Assembly: GCA_002269645.1 (NCBI GenBank)
Contig: NIVC01002126.1
Span: forward strand, 1 to 64,000
Direction of reading: 5' to 3'
From: Macrostomum lignano
Taxonomy: Eukaryota
Length of the DNA: 64,000 bases
In this document: piece after piece, positions 1 to 10,839 of the stretch
Layout of the letters: every line of letters begins with the position of its first letter
Numbering within the stretch: position 1 is the first letter of the stretch
Made by a program: the position numbers and the translations under genes
Notes under the pieces: generated by a model
Seen by the model: only the letters and a program-made list of their open reading frames with translations
The model's database searches: none
What the model was told of the DNA's origin: nothing

Positions 1-3000
1 AAGGAGCTGCGTGAGCAGCTGCAGGCGTCTAAGCTCTTGGAGTTGGGCCGCTTCGCCGTATCGCTCCTTCTTGTAGCTCATGCCGCATCTGAGGAAGCTG
101 GGGATATAGAGGTTTGGAGGCACTGGCTTGTACTCGTAGACAAACAGACACAGACTGAAGGACACTAGACACTGGATGATAAAAAACTAAGACACTGGAC
201 ACTAAGACACCCGACGCTAAAACACCGAACACTAAGACACCAGCCACTGAGACACCGGACACTAAGACACCAGAAACTGAGACACCGGACACTAGGACAC
301 CAGCCACTGAGACACCGGACAACAAGACACCAGTTACTGAGACACTGGACACTAAGACACCCGACGCTAAAACACCGAACACTAAGACACCAGAAACTGA
401 GACACCGGACAACAAGACACCAGTTACTGAGACACCGGACACTAAGACACCGGACAACAAGACACCAGACACTGAGACACCGGACACTAAGACACTGGAC
501 AACAAGACATCGGACACTAAGACACCAGCCACTGAGACACCGGACAACAAGACACCAGTTACTGAGACACCGGACACTAAGACACCGGACAACAAGACAC
601 CAGACACTGAGACACCGGACACTAAGACACTGGACAACAAGACACCGGACACTAAGACACCAGCCACTGAGACACCGGACACTAAGACACCGGACAACAA
701 GACACCAGCCACTGAGACACGGACACTAAGACACCGGACAACAAGACACCAGCCACTGAGACACCAGAAACTAAGACACCGGACAACAAGACACCAGCCA
801 CTGTCCACTGAGACACCAGAAACTAAGACACCGGACAACAAGACACCAGCCACTGAGACACCGGAAACAAAGACACCAGACAACAAGACACCAGACACTG
901 AGACACCAGAATCTAAGACACCGGACACGAAGACACCAGAAACTAAGAGGCCGGACACTAAGACACCAGAAACTAACCGGACACGAATGTAAGACACCAG
1001 AAACTAACCGAACACTAAGACACCGGACACTGAAACGCCGGACGCTAAGACGCCAGCCACTGAGACACCAGAAACTAAGACACCGGACACTGAGACGCCG
1101 GACGCGAAGGCGCCAGACACTAAGACACCGGACACTAAGACACTGGACACTAAGACACCAGAAAATAAGACACCGGACACAAAGACACCAGAAACTAAGA
1201 GGCCGGACGCTAAGATGCCCGATACTAAGATGCCGGACACTAAGACACCAGAAACTCAGACACCGAAGCCGAACATTAAGACACTAAAAGCTAAGACGCC
1301 GGACACTACGGCCACGAGACACTGGCGCACAAACAAACAGACAAGCTGATATTCTCACCGATTCAGCTCATTTTTTCTCAGCGAGTGCGCCATCCAGTTA
1401 GCGAACTCGGTGCTCGCCGCTAACACCTCGGCATCGCTGAGCATCTTCTCTCGCTCAGCCTCCACGGTGCTGGGCAGGCCGCGCAGGGCAGTTCTCAAGT
1501 CCAGCTGTTGCTGGGCAATTCGATCCCTAACCTGCTCGATGTCGGCCTCAACGTCGGCAACCTCTCGCCTGTAGCGCTGACAGGAGGCTCGCATGATTGG
1601 CGTCTTGCATAGCGGGCAGAGCTTGCGCACGATTTCGTTCTGCGGCGATGGAGTCTTCATCCAGTGGTCGAGTCCGGTCACCTGCGAGAATCGACATTTA
1701 TAACGTCTTTATAACCATCATACAGGGTCGATCATGGACGGAACTGGAAGAGAGCGAACACTTAGTTCCACTCCTTGTGCGGCAAAGTCATACTGGCAGG
1801 TTTATCAACTCCTAAGGCACGAGGCCTGTGTGGAATCCAGCTTCTATGGCAGGGGTCGGTAACATTTGAAACTTCACAATAGCAATCCGATCTCTCAGAG
1901 TTTGTGCCTCTTCTCAGCTCTCTTCTCTGACCTCCTCTGTCTCTTTTTCTCTCCTTTTTCTCTTCTCTTCTCCCGATCTCCTCTCTTCTCCACTCCTAGT
2001 TTCTCTCTTTTCTCTCCTCTCCTCTCCCCTCAATTCCTCTCCTTTCCACTCCTCTTCTTTTCTTGCTGTCTACTCTCCTCTCCTCCCCATCCTATCCCTT
2101 CTCTCCTCTCTCCCTCCAAGCTCCTCTCTATTCGCCTCTCCTCGCCTCTCCTTTCTCCAATCTCTTTTCTCCCTTTTCTTTCTCTATTCTCTCTCCTATC
2201 TTCCCTCCTCTGGCCCGCAGCCATGCTCTAGGTTCTCTATCTGGCCCTTGAAGTAAAAAAGTTTGCCGACCCCTGTTCTAGGGACTAGGCTGGGGACGCT
2301 GATATGGTTCTAGGGACACAACGCCGCTTCAAGGCAACCCACGAGCCCCAGTAAACTCGTTATCTAACCTAGCTTCTAATATTTCCCCAAGTCAAAACTA
2401 CTAACAGTAGCGTAAAAGCAAATGCTTTTATCACGAACAGTACACAATATAGACAACTTTTAGCTAGATCGTATTACCTCAAAGACATGTCCGCACGTGT
2501 CCAATCTGATGAATTTCGCATCTGGCTCATCTTCGGTGCCGAAAAAGATGTCTCGAAATTTCTGGTCCGTACCGCAGCATCTGCAGACGATCAGATGCGA
2601 CCTCTCGCCGCACAGACCGATGCACTCCAGAATACCGGTTTTGCATACTTTGCATGCGTTGTTTTTCGGCTTAAAGCTGCACGGCTCGTTGCAAGGATCG
2701 CGGTCGCATCGTTCGTGGCATCTGCGAAGACAATTTTGCATTAAATCTGGACTGCTAGCATAAAAGTTTATGCTTTTTTACTGCCGAAATTTGAGAAATG
2801 GTAAATCAGCTTACTGTGTATTGGTGACTATAATCACACCCAGCTCTCTCTTTCTCTCTCCCTCCTCTCAGCGTACATCGGTCGATGACTTATCACATTC
2901 TGCTCGCTCTTCTCTCAGTGTACATTGGTCGATGACTAATCACTTTACTTGACTTAGCTGCAGGGGGCTCCGAGCGTCCGGAAACAGCGAGGAGGCGTTG

Positions 3001-6000
3001 CCGCCCATTTCGCTAACCCCTGGCGAGATGACTAATCACACCCTCCTCTCTCTTCTCTCAGTGTACATTGGTCGATGACTAATCACACCCTCCTCTCTCT
3101 TCTCCCAGTGTTCAGTTTACATCCTGTTTTACTGTACACTGTGATGATTACATAGGATAATGTATAACACTCACTTTCTAGTGCATCGCCCGTGAGGGCA
3201 CCGGTTGTCACAGGGCTGGTTGCAGGGCACACAGGCGTCGCCGCATAGCATTCGGCACTTGTTATGCCGGCAAGCGTTGAGGCATTCCTGCTGACAGGGC
3301 GGGCAAGCTTGATGACAGGTGGAGCTGCGGCACACGTGGCCGCACACGAGCACCCGCTCGCACGGTTCTCTGCAGGGCACGTGCAGTCGGCCCTGCAATG
3401 ATTGTTGTTTGGCTGGTTTTATTCGATTTCGACTAAAATCTATTATCGATTTTTTATTGGCCTGCCAACCCAACTCCAATTATCGATTTTTTATTGGTCC
3501 ACCGCCCCAACCCCCATTATCGATCTTTTATTAGACCACCACCACAACCCCGATTGTCGATCTGTTTTTGGACCACCACCCCAACCCCAATTATCGATCT
3601 GTTATTGGCCTACCAGCCCAACCCCAATTATCGATCTGTTATTGGCCCACCACCCCAACCCTCATTATCGATCTGTTATTAGCCTGCCAACCCCACTCCA
3701 ATTTATTGATTCAAAACCCACTTCATAGAGTCACTCAGCAGACCACAAGCCTTTCCAACCCCCAACCTTGGCGCACCTGGTTGCACAAACCGCAGCGACC
3801 CTTGCACCTGTGCCCGCAAGCCAATTCAGCTCCGCACGGCTGCTGACACCTGGAAAAGAGTTCGCTATTCTCGCTGCAAGCGATGCTGGCCATGTGCTGA
3901 CAGGGCAGCCTGCGCTCCACCCGGGCGAGGCACTGGTAGCTGTGAGGCTCGCCGCACTTCCTACCGCACAAGTGGCCGCAGTCCAGCACCAGAGTGCACG
4001 GCTCCTGACAGGTGAACTTTTCTGCAGGCATCCAACATTCCACCTGGCAGTTTGAAAGATTAAAAAAAGGTCAATACTATAATTTGATTTGGAATACTCA
4101 AATGAACTGCCGCTTACTCAAAGAACTACCGCTTACTAAAGTATTTGAGAAATCGGCCTCTTGACCCACTCGGAACAATTTGTGTCCTTGAGCAAGACAC
4201 CTCACTCTGCATTGCTTCAGTTCACCCAGCTGTAAAATGGGTGCCAGCATTAGCTGGAATAATTGAGGCTGTGGCGACCACTCCTCAGTCCTTGGACTGA
4301 ACAGCCGTACGCAGCCTTCAGATGCGCCGCGCAATAGCTGCGGCTGAGCTGTCGGTTGCACATTTGGCCCATTTTGGCAGGCATAAAGATACAGCAACGC
4401 AAATGCCTCTGACACAAATTTTACCCTGATAGAAGTGTCAAAGTCTAAGACACCTGACGAGTCCCCCCAACAGCTCTCACCATCTGCGTGTGGCCGCACT
4501 TCGGGATTCTCTTCGGCTCCCGAACGGTGCACTTGCACTGCTCATGGCAGCGTTTAGGACACGGATGTCCTTTGGAGCAGGACTTCGGGCAGGGCATTTT
4601 GCAGATGACCTCCGCGTGCTCCTTGTCGGTGGGATGACAGGCTTTCTTGCACACGTGACCGCATGGCATCCGCTGTCCGCAGGGCTTGTTGCAGCCACCT
4701 TCTGGCGACTTTCGAAAGTCGGCCGGCTCGCGAATCTCGATGCTGGGCTCGTCCGGGTGGTTCTGGCAGGCCAGACGGAGCGCGTCGCCATAGCAACCGG
4801 GCTCGTGCGCCACCGTGTCGACCATGCGACGCCAAAGTCGGCTGGACTCCGCTAGCAGATCGAAATTGCCGACAGCGTACAGGCCTCTCTTGGCGCGGCT
4901 CAGTGCCACGCAGACGCGATTCTCCGTCTTCAGGAAACCGATGTCGAAGTCGTCGTTGCTGCGAACCAGCGACAGGATGATAATGTCGTTTTCTTCGCCC
5001 TGAGATTTCCGGGAAAAGGCGCGGTGACGTTACGCTTTGATTTTGGATGCTTAGAAAGAAATCTATTAAGTAACGTTTGGCTAGACACTGAAATCTACTG
5101 ATTGCGTTGACTAGACACTGAAATCTACCGATTGCGTTGACTAGACACTGAACTCTACCGATTGCGTTGACTAGACACTGAAATCTACTGATTGCGTTGA
5201 CTAGACACTGAAATCTACCGATTGTGTTGACTAGACACTGAAATCTACCGATTGTGTTGACTAGACACTGAAATCTACCGATTGCGTTGACTAGACACTG
5301 AACTCTACCGATTGCGTTGACTAGACACTGAAATCTACTGATTGCGTTGACTAGACACTGAAATCTACTGATTGCGTTGACTAGACACTGAAATCTACCG
5401 ATTGCGTTGACTAGACACTGAACTCTACCGATTGCGTTGACTAGACACTGAAATCTACTGATTGCGTTGACTAGACACTGAAATCTACCGATTGTGTTGA
5501 CTAGAGACTGAAATCTACAGATTGTGTTGACTAGACACTGAAATCTACCGATTGTGTTGACTAGACACTCAAACCTACCGATAGATACTCAAATCTACCG
5601 ATAGACGCTCAAATCTAACGATAGACACTCAAATCTAAAGATAGACACTCAAATCCCTAGACACTCAAATCCCTAGACACTCAAATCTACCGATAGAATC
5701 TACCGATAGGCACTCAAATCTACGGATAGACACTCAAATCCCTAGACACTCAAATCTACCGATAGACACTCAAATCTACCGAAAGACACTCAAATCTACC
5801 GATAGACACTCAAATCTACCGATAGACACTCAAATCCACCGATTGACACTCAAATCTACCTGGTAATTGTCGCAAACGCAGACTCGCACGCCGCGCATCA
5901 AAGGAAACTTGGGAATTAGCCGCTTGATGCTGAGCAGCTGCCCGCTGTACAGGGTGAGCACGGTGATCTGGCTCTGACTGTAGCCCTGCTTCACCAGATG

Positions 6001-9000
6001 GCACGCCAGCTGCACCACCATCTCGCTCTCAAACTGATTGCTCCTGCTGCGCATCTCTTCAACGTAGTCCTCGTGTTGTTGGTGATTCATGAAGAACAAG
6101 TTGCTGGACATGCCCATCACGTCCGGGTAGATGAGCACACTGACGTGATCCTGCAGGCCTGGATAAATGTGCTGCATCAACTTGGCAATCTCTGGCCGCA
6201 TCCGATGCTGGTAGACCAGAGTGTCATAGTGCACCCGATTGTTCACCAACCGTTCGAACAGGGACACATCGAGGTTGTACTTTTTGGCCAGCTCATACAC
6301 GGCCGGGTTCGGTTTGAGCTGCTTGTGATCGCCAATCAGCACCAGGTGCTGACAGCCCGGACTCAGCGAAGCCAGCACGTGCGATTCCAACACCTCGGCT
6401 GCCTCTTCAACGATGACAATTTTCGGTTGAACCTGGCGTAGAACTCGACGATAGCGCGCCGCTCCGGTAGTTGTCATGGCAACCAAACGGCTGGCCTCGA
6501 ACACCCGACGGTCGCACTCGTACACGGCCTCGGTGAGCTGGGCGCGCACCTGATTGTATTCCCGCTTGAGCTGCTCAATCTTCTCGCCCTGCTGCAGCAG
6601 GTACAGCTCTCGCCAGCGTCTGTACAACTGCCATCGGCTGTTCTCGTCCAGGCTCCAGATGTGGACGATCTCTCTGGCCTCCTGCTCGGGCATCGCCTCC
6701 TGGATTTGCAGCTGATGCTCAATCTGTCGGTTCTGCCTGCGCTGGTCGAACACCGTCTGGAAGCCGTCCTGGTCGACCAGGACGCAGTTGCCAATGTCCA
6801 CAGCCTTCTCGCGCTCGACCTCTGCCCTGATGCTGTGCTCCATCTCCTCTCGGCGGCCGGGCCGATCCGACAGCAAACCGTGCGACGCGTCGCGCACGTC
6901 AAATTCAAAGTCGCCCTCGCCGCGCACATTGTCGTCATTTTCGTTGTCGTCGTCCCTGTCGTCGCCCGAAACGATCCTTGCAGCGGCTTCGTAGGCCTCC
7001 TGGAAGATGAACTCCTCTATCAGGTCGATGTTCTCGTCTTCAGCTGCCAGAGCCTCGTCTAACGACAGTTCGACCTCTTCGATAGCCACAACGCCCACGC
7101 TGAGTATCCACAAGTTGAAGAGCTCGCTGAGCCGGTCCAGATCGCTGGCTTCGGCCCGGTGTCGCCTTCTTGCCGCGGATTCCATCGCCGACAGGCGAAT
7201 GTGCTCAGGCGCATGCTCCTCCAGGCTGGCGAGATGCTCCGGCAAGATGAAATCGTAAAGCAGGTGAAACTTGATCAGCCTGCGGAAGGGCAGGTCCAAA
7301 TCGATGCACATTCTGCCCAGCTTGTCTTCGATGCCGTGCAGTTTGGTGCGCAGGTCGTACACGATGCGGTCCGTGCGGCGTTTTCGGTACAGCAGGCAGC
7401 CTTCGAGTTTCGCTGACTGGCAGCGGCCGCCAACCCGTACGGCGTCCTCGGCCTGGACGAAACCGAGGATGCCTTCGAGGAACTGGTCGAGAGCGTGATT
7501 GGTGTAGCACACCAGCAGGATGGGACCGAAGTTGGGCCGACGGCTCTGGATGTTGTGCACCAGCATTTGGGCGATTCGAAGGCCCAGATGGGTTTTGCCT
7601 GTTTAAAAATAATTTGTGATAGAGATTGAAAGATACTGTGGAAAATTAAGAACAGCTATTGAACGCCTCACCTGTTCCTGGTGGCCCCTGAATAATAGCC
7701 AGCTCGTTTCTCAGGGCGGTCTTCAGCGCCGCGTACTGGCTGTCGTCTAGTTGAATAGACTCCATAGTTGGCCACTCCTGATCCTCCTGGATGTGGACCT
7801 TGCCGAGATTTTCGTGATGATGGGCTGTTTCCGGCATTATTGGCCGGAAGTCGTAGGTTATTGTGGCGTTGAACTGGAGGTACTGTGGCGGGCGAACCTA
7901 GAGATTTGTGATTATTTTAAATTGCTTGTAAATATGAAAGTTTTCAAATTTGCCGCTTTGTGCCCCAAAGAAAGCTTCCTTATCAAGATTCGTTATCCAG
8001 AGCTTCCTTATCCAGAACTTCCTTATCCAGAGCTTCCTTATCTAGAGCTTCCTTATCCAGAGCTTCATTATCAAGCTTCTTTATTAAGTTTCCTTATCCA
8101 GCTTCCTCACCAAGCTATCATTCATGTCGACAAAAGCATTTCAAAGTACACAATACCTTCGTCTGGCATTCGACCAGATATCGCGAAAACGGCACCCGCG
8201 CAGGATCCATGTCCTTGAGCGTCTCCAGCACGTGCCTGTAACTCTCAAAGAACGCTGTGGTCTCAATCATGACAAACTTATTAGAAAATGCCAGCCACTC
8301 GTCCGGCTGATTGACCCACAGCACTTTCAGGATGCCCTCATGCTCAAACTGCGCCGATCTGCGATCTTGCACGGTGGCAAAGTACAGTGTCTGGAAGGAG
8401 TCGCAGGACAGGCAGACAAGCGAGCCGTAAATCAGCCGTTTGGAGACGCTCCAGTTTGTTCTACGGAAGTTCGGCGACTCGGTGTCCAGCTGAACCGCGT
8501 AGCTGATGCCATCGTTAGAGCAGTAGAAAACGTTGCGCACCTTGACATTGTTGTAGACGCGGATGTCTGCGATGCGCCTGCGGCCAACGGGGTCCTTGCG
8601 CAGTTCGGCAAGACCGCGACGCAACGGCTCAACCAAGTCTTCGCGCATGAGGCGAAACTGAGTGTCCAGGTAGACCTCAGCAGACGGGTAGCTGCCCTTG
8701 ACTCGATTCGCTTGCAAGAACACGTTTTTAAAGTCTGCGGCCAGATCCTCGCGAGTGGGAATAATTGTTAGTTCGCGAAAATCCTGCGGCGGCTGTTGGA
8801 ATCGTTCGGCTCTTGCGGCTGCTTCCAACGCGTCCGGTGGCAGCTGCATCGACAGCTGCTTGGCCGTCATCTCTTCAAGCTTATCGGATAAATCGTCCAG
8901 CTTCTCGTCGATGAAGCTCGGACAGGTAACTAAGCTTCGCATCGCTTTCAGGTTAGCCCTGACAACCAGAATCGGCGCTTGCAGTCGATTGTAAGCCTCT

Positions 9001-9656
9001 TGGGGAGTCGTCTCAAAGCAGGCGTCCTGAATTTGGAGCACAAATCCAACAGTTTGCCATTCCTGCTCGTTTCGGCTTAACAGCAGGGGTAGCTGAGTCA
9101 GGTAGATTCTCAGACTGTCGTCAAATAGTTTGCTGTGCATGAGCTGAGTGAGCAGTTTGATTTTTAGCTGAGGAGAGAAGTCCTCTTCAACAGCCTTGGC
9201 TGACAGTTGCGCAACTGTGGCAAACAGCTGAGGTGATTTTATTTCACTGCCGATCAGATTTTCGAAACCGCTGCGCTCGTCCACCAGCCGCATGAGCAGC
9301 TCGTTTGACTTCAACTTGCCCCTGTCAACGTCCAGTTCGAGTTGTTGCAGTTCGCTTTCTCGCATCACTCGGCCCCTGTTGGAGAAGTGCTGGCCGCCGC
9401 GGCCGCTGCTGCTGATGCTGACGCCACCGGATGCGCCTCTTCCTCCGCCGCCTCGAGTTCGGCTGCCTGAAGCTCCCATCGGTGCACGGAAGTTTCCGCC
9501 AACATAGTCGCCTTCTGGACGGTCGTGGCGACTCATTGCTCCTCCGCCACGACCGCCTCTGCCGCCGCCACCTCCACGGCTCCCCCCTGCTCCGCCTCTG
9601 CCTCTGCCACCTCGTCCGCCGTCACCGCCGCCTCGGTTTTGGCGTCGGTCCGACAT
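1..9656 (-). CDS. ZNFX1: NFX1-type zinc finger-containing protein 1-like (UPF1-like SF1 RNA helicase + NF-X1 zinc fingers + RING-like module); 3' end lies beyond window start
   Basis: Exons assembled by hand, all GT-AG with consistent phases: 9656-8157, 7897-7672, 7598-5860, 4999-4481, 4043-3777, 3392-3175, 2721-2478, 1681-1359, 154-1 (5190 nt, 1730 codons, open at the window edge). Walker A QGPPGTG|KT, motif II IVEEAAEV, LIGDHKQLKP, DNYQ|GEENDII and RVCVALSRAK. Multiple CGH-xC NF-X1 fingers and the ZNFX1-typical IFFGTEDEPDAKFIRLDTCGHVFEV...CPLCKTPI segment. Confidence 0.93.
160..1315. repeat. Degenerate ~15-bp minisatellite (GACACCGGACACTAA-like) filling ZNFX1 intron 8
   Basis: Direct tandem repetition; source of the spurious VSGVL-repeat ORFs. 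Confidence 0.9.
1850..2275. mobile_element. hAT (Charlie-like) MITE in ZNFX1 intron 7 with CT-rich internal filler
   Basis: TIRs CAGGGGTCGGTAAC (1850) and GTTTGCCGACCCCTG (ends 2275). Flanking 8-mers TTCTATGG and TTCTAGGG match 7/8 and resemble the NTCTAGAN Charlie target. Confidence 0.75.
3420..3715. repeat. Imperfect ~35-bp minisatellite (TTATCGAT...CCCCAACCCCAA) in ZNFX1 intron 5
   Basis: About 8 imperfect tandem units visible. Confidence 0.75.
4166..4375 (+). mobile_element. 5'-truncated CORE-like SINE copy in ZNFX1 intron 4
   Basis: TTGTGTCCTTGAGCAAGACAC...CTTCAGTTCACCCAGCTGTAAAATGGGTGCC and the following GCAATAGCTGCGGCTGAGCTGTCGGTTGCACAT closely match the SINE at 34662-34925; no tRNA head. 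Confidence 0.75.
5088..5858. repeat. 30-bp minisatellite (CTAGACACTGAAATCTACCGATTGCGTTGA) grading into a 20-bp unit (GATAGACACTCAAATCTACC) in ZNFX1 intron 3
   Basis: About 16 near-perfect 30-bp copies followed by shorter related units up to the splice donor. Confidence 0.92.
7985..8100. repeat. 15-bp tandem repeat (TTCCTTATCCAGAGC) in ZNFX1 intron 1
   Basis: Direct repetition, about 6 copies. Confidence 0.8.
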
Positions 9657-9727
9657 GATTGCAGCAGTTACCTGAAGTGTGTCAGCGACCAGTGTTTCTG
9701 CTTAGTGTACACATGTAGCTTAAATTT

Positions 9728-10122
9728 AGTGATTCTTAGTGATGCTTAGTGATGCTTACTGGTGCTTAGTGATGCTTAGTGATGCTTAGTGATGCTTAGT
9801 GATGCTTAGTGATGCTTAGTGATGCTTAGTGATGCTTACTGATGCTTACTGATGTTTACCGGTGCTTACTGGTGCTTGCTCATGCTTACTTATGCTTACT
9901 GGTGCTTACTAATGCTTACTTATGCTTACTGGTGCTTACTGATGCTTACTTATGCTTACTGGTGCTTACTGGTGCTTACTGGTGCTTACTGGTGCTTACT
10001 GGTGCTTACTGGTGCTTACTGGTGCTTACTGGTGCTTACTTATGCTTACTGGTGCTTACTAATGCTTACTTATGCTTACTGGTGCTTACTGGTGCTTACT
10101 GGTGCTTACTGGTGCTTACTTA
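9728..10122. repeat. 10-bp minisatellite (GATGCTTAGT / GGTGCTTACT) just upstream of ZNFX1
   Basis: About 39 tandem units. Confidence 0.92.
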
Positions 10123-10839
10123 GCGATGCTAAAGCAAGCTTCTCCTAGTGTTGCAACAGTATGACATTATAATTGTTGTCAGGATCAAGGACTACTAACT
10201 TTATCTTCTAGTGCTCCCTGGTTAGGATTTATTCCATGTCAAGGATCTCAGTAATTATATGGCACAAAAAATCAGCTGTACATACTTGTACTTCTGCTAA
10301 ACAAAAGTTAACTACCTACCTACCGTACCGTCCATATATACTTTCAATTAAATATTTTTTTAGGTTAGTGAATTAGAAACCTTTATTATAGTAAGTAAAT
10401 CGACATTTTCCGTGCAAGGGTGGGTATGGTAACAAGCTGTTACTTACTTTGCGTCAGCGATTATATATTCGATACGGTTGACTTAATGTAGTTTGTAGTT
10501 TGTGTTTGAGAAAGATTTCAGACTTACTACAAGGCGTTTATCAACAATCTATATTATATGCAGAGTATTATGGCCGAAGTGGCCGAAGATTTCTTGGAAA
10601 CGGCTCGTGAATTTACAGCGTTGTAAATACGGTACTAAGTGTACATAGGTAGGCTTAGTACGCAGAGATTGTACACTTATGCGATCGACCCTCTGTCTGG
10701 TCGCAGCTGGGGTTTCTATTTTTAGCATCACTGTTTTTAAGCGCCTGAGTCAAAGTGTACTTTACTACAGAAGAATTTTCGTTTTTCGTTTTTAACTGTC
10801 GGATACTACAAGGCAAAATTTGGAAGGTTAATAAGGGCG

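Noticed and set aside
29-1240. 322-aa and 78-aa VSGVL-repeat ORFs
   Set aside because: Translations of the intron 8 minisatellite; the real exon (154-1) uses a different frame.
2955-3026. Mini hAT element CAGGGG...CCCCTG
   Set aside because: Only 6-bp termini and no target-site duplication.
5998-9749. Plus-strand ORFs overlapping ZNFX1 exons
   Set aside because: Antisense shadows of GC-rich coding sequence with no recognisable motifs.
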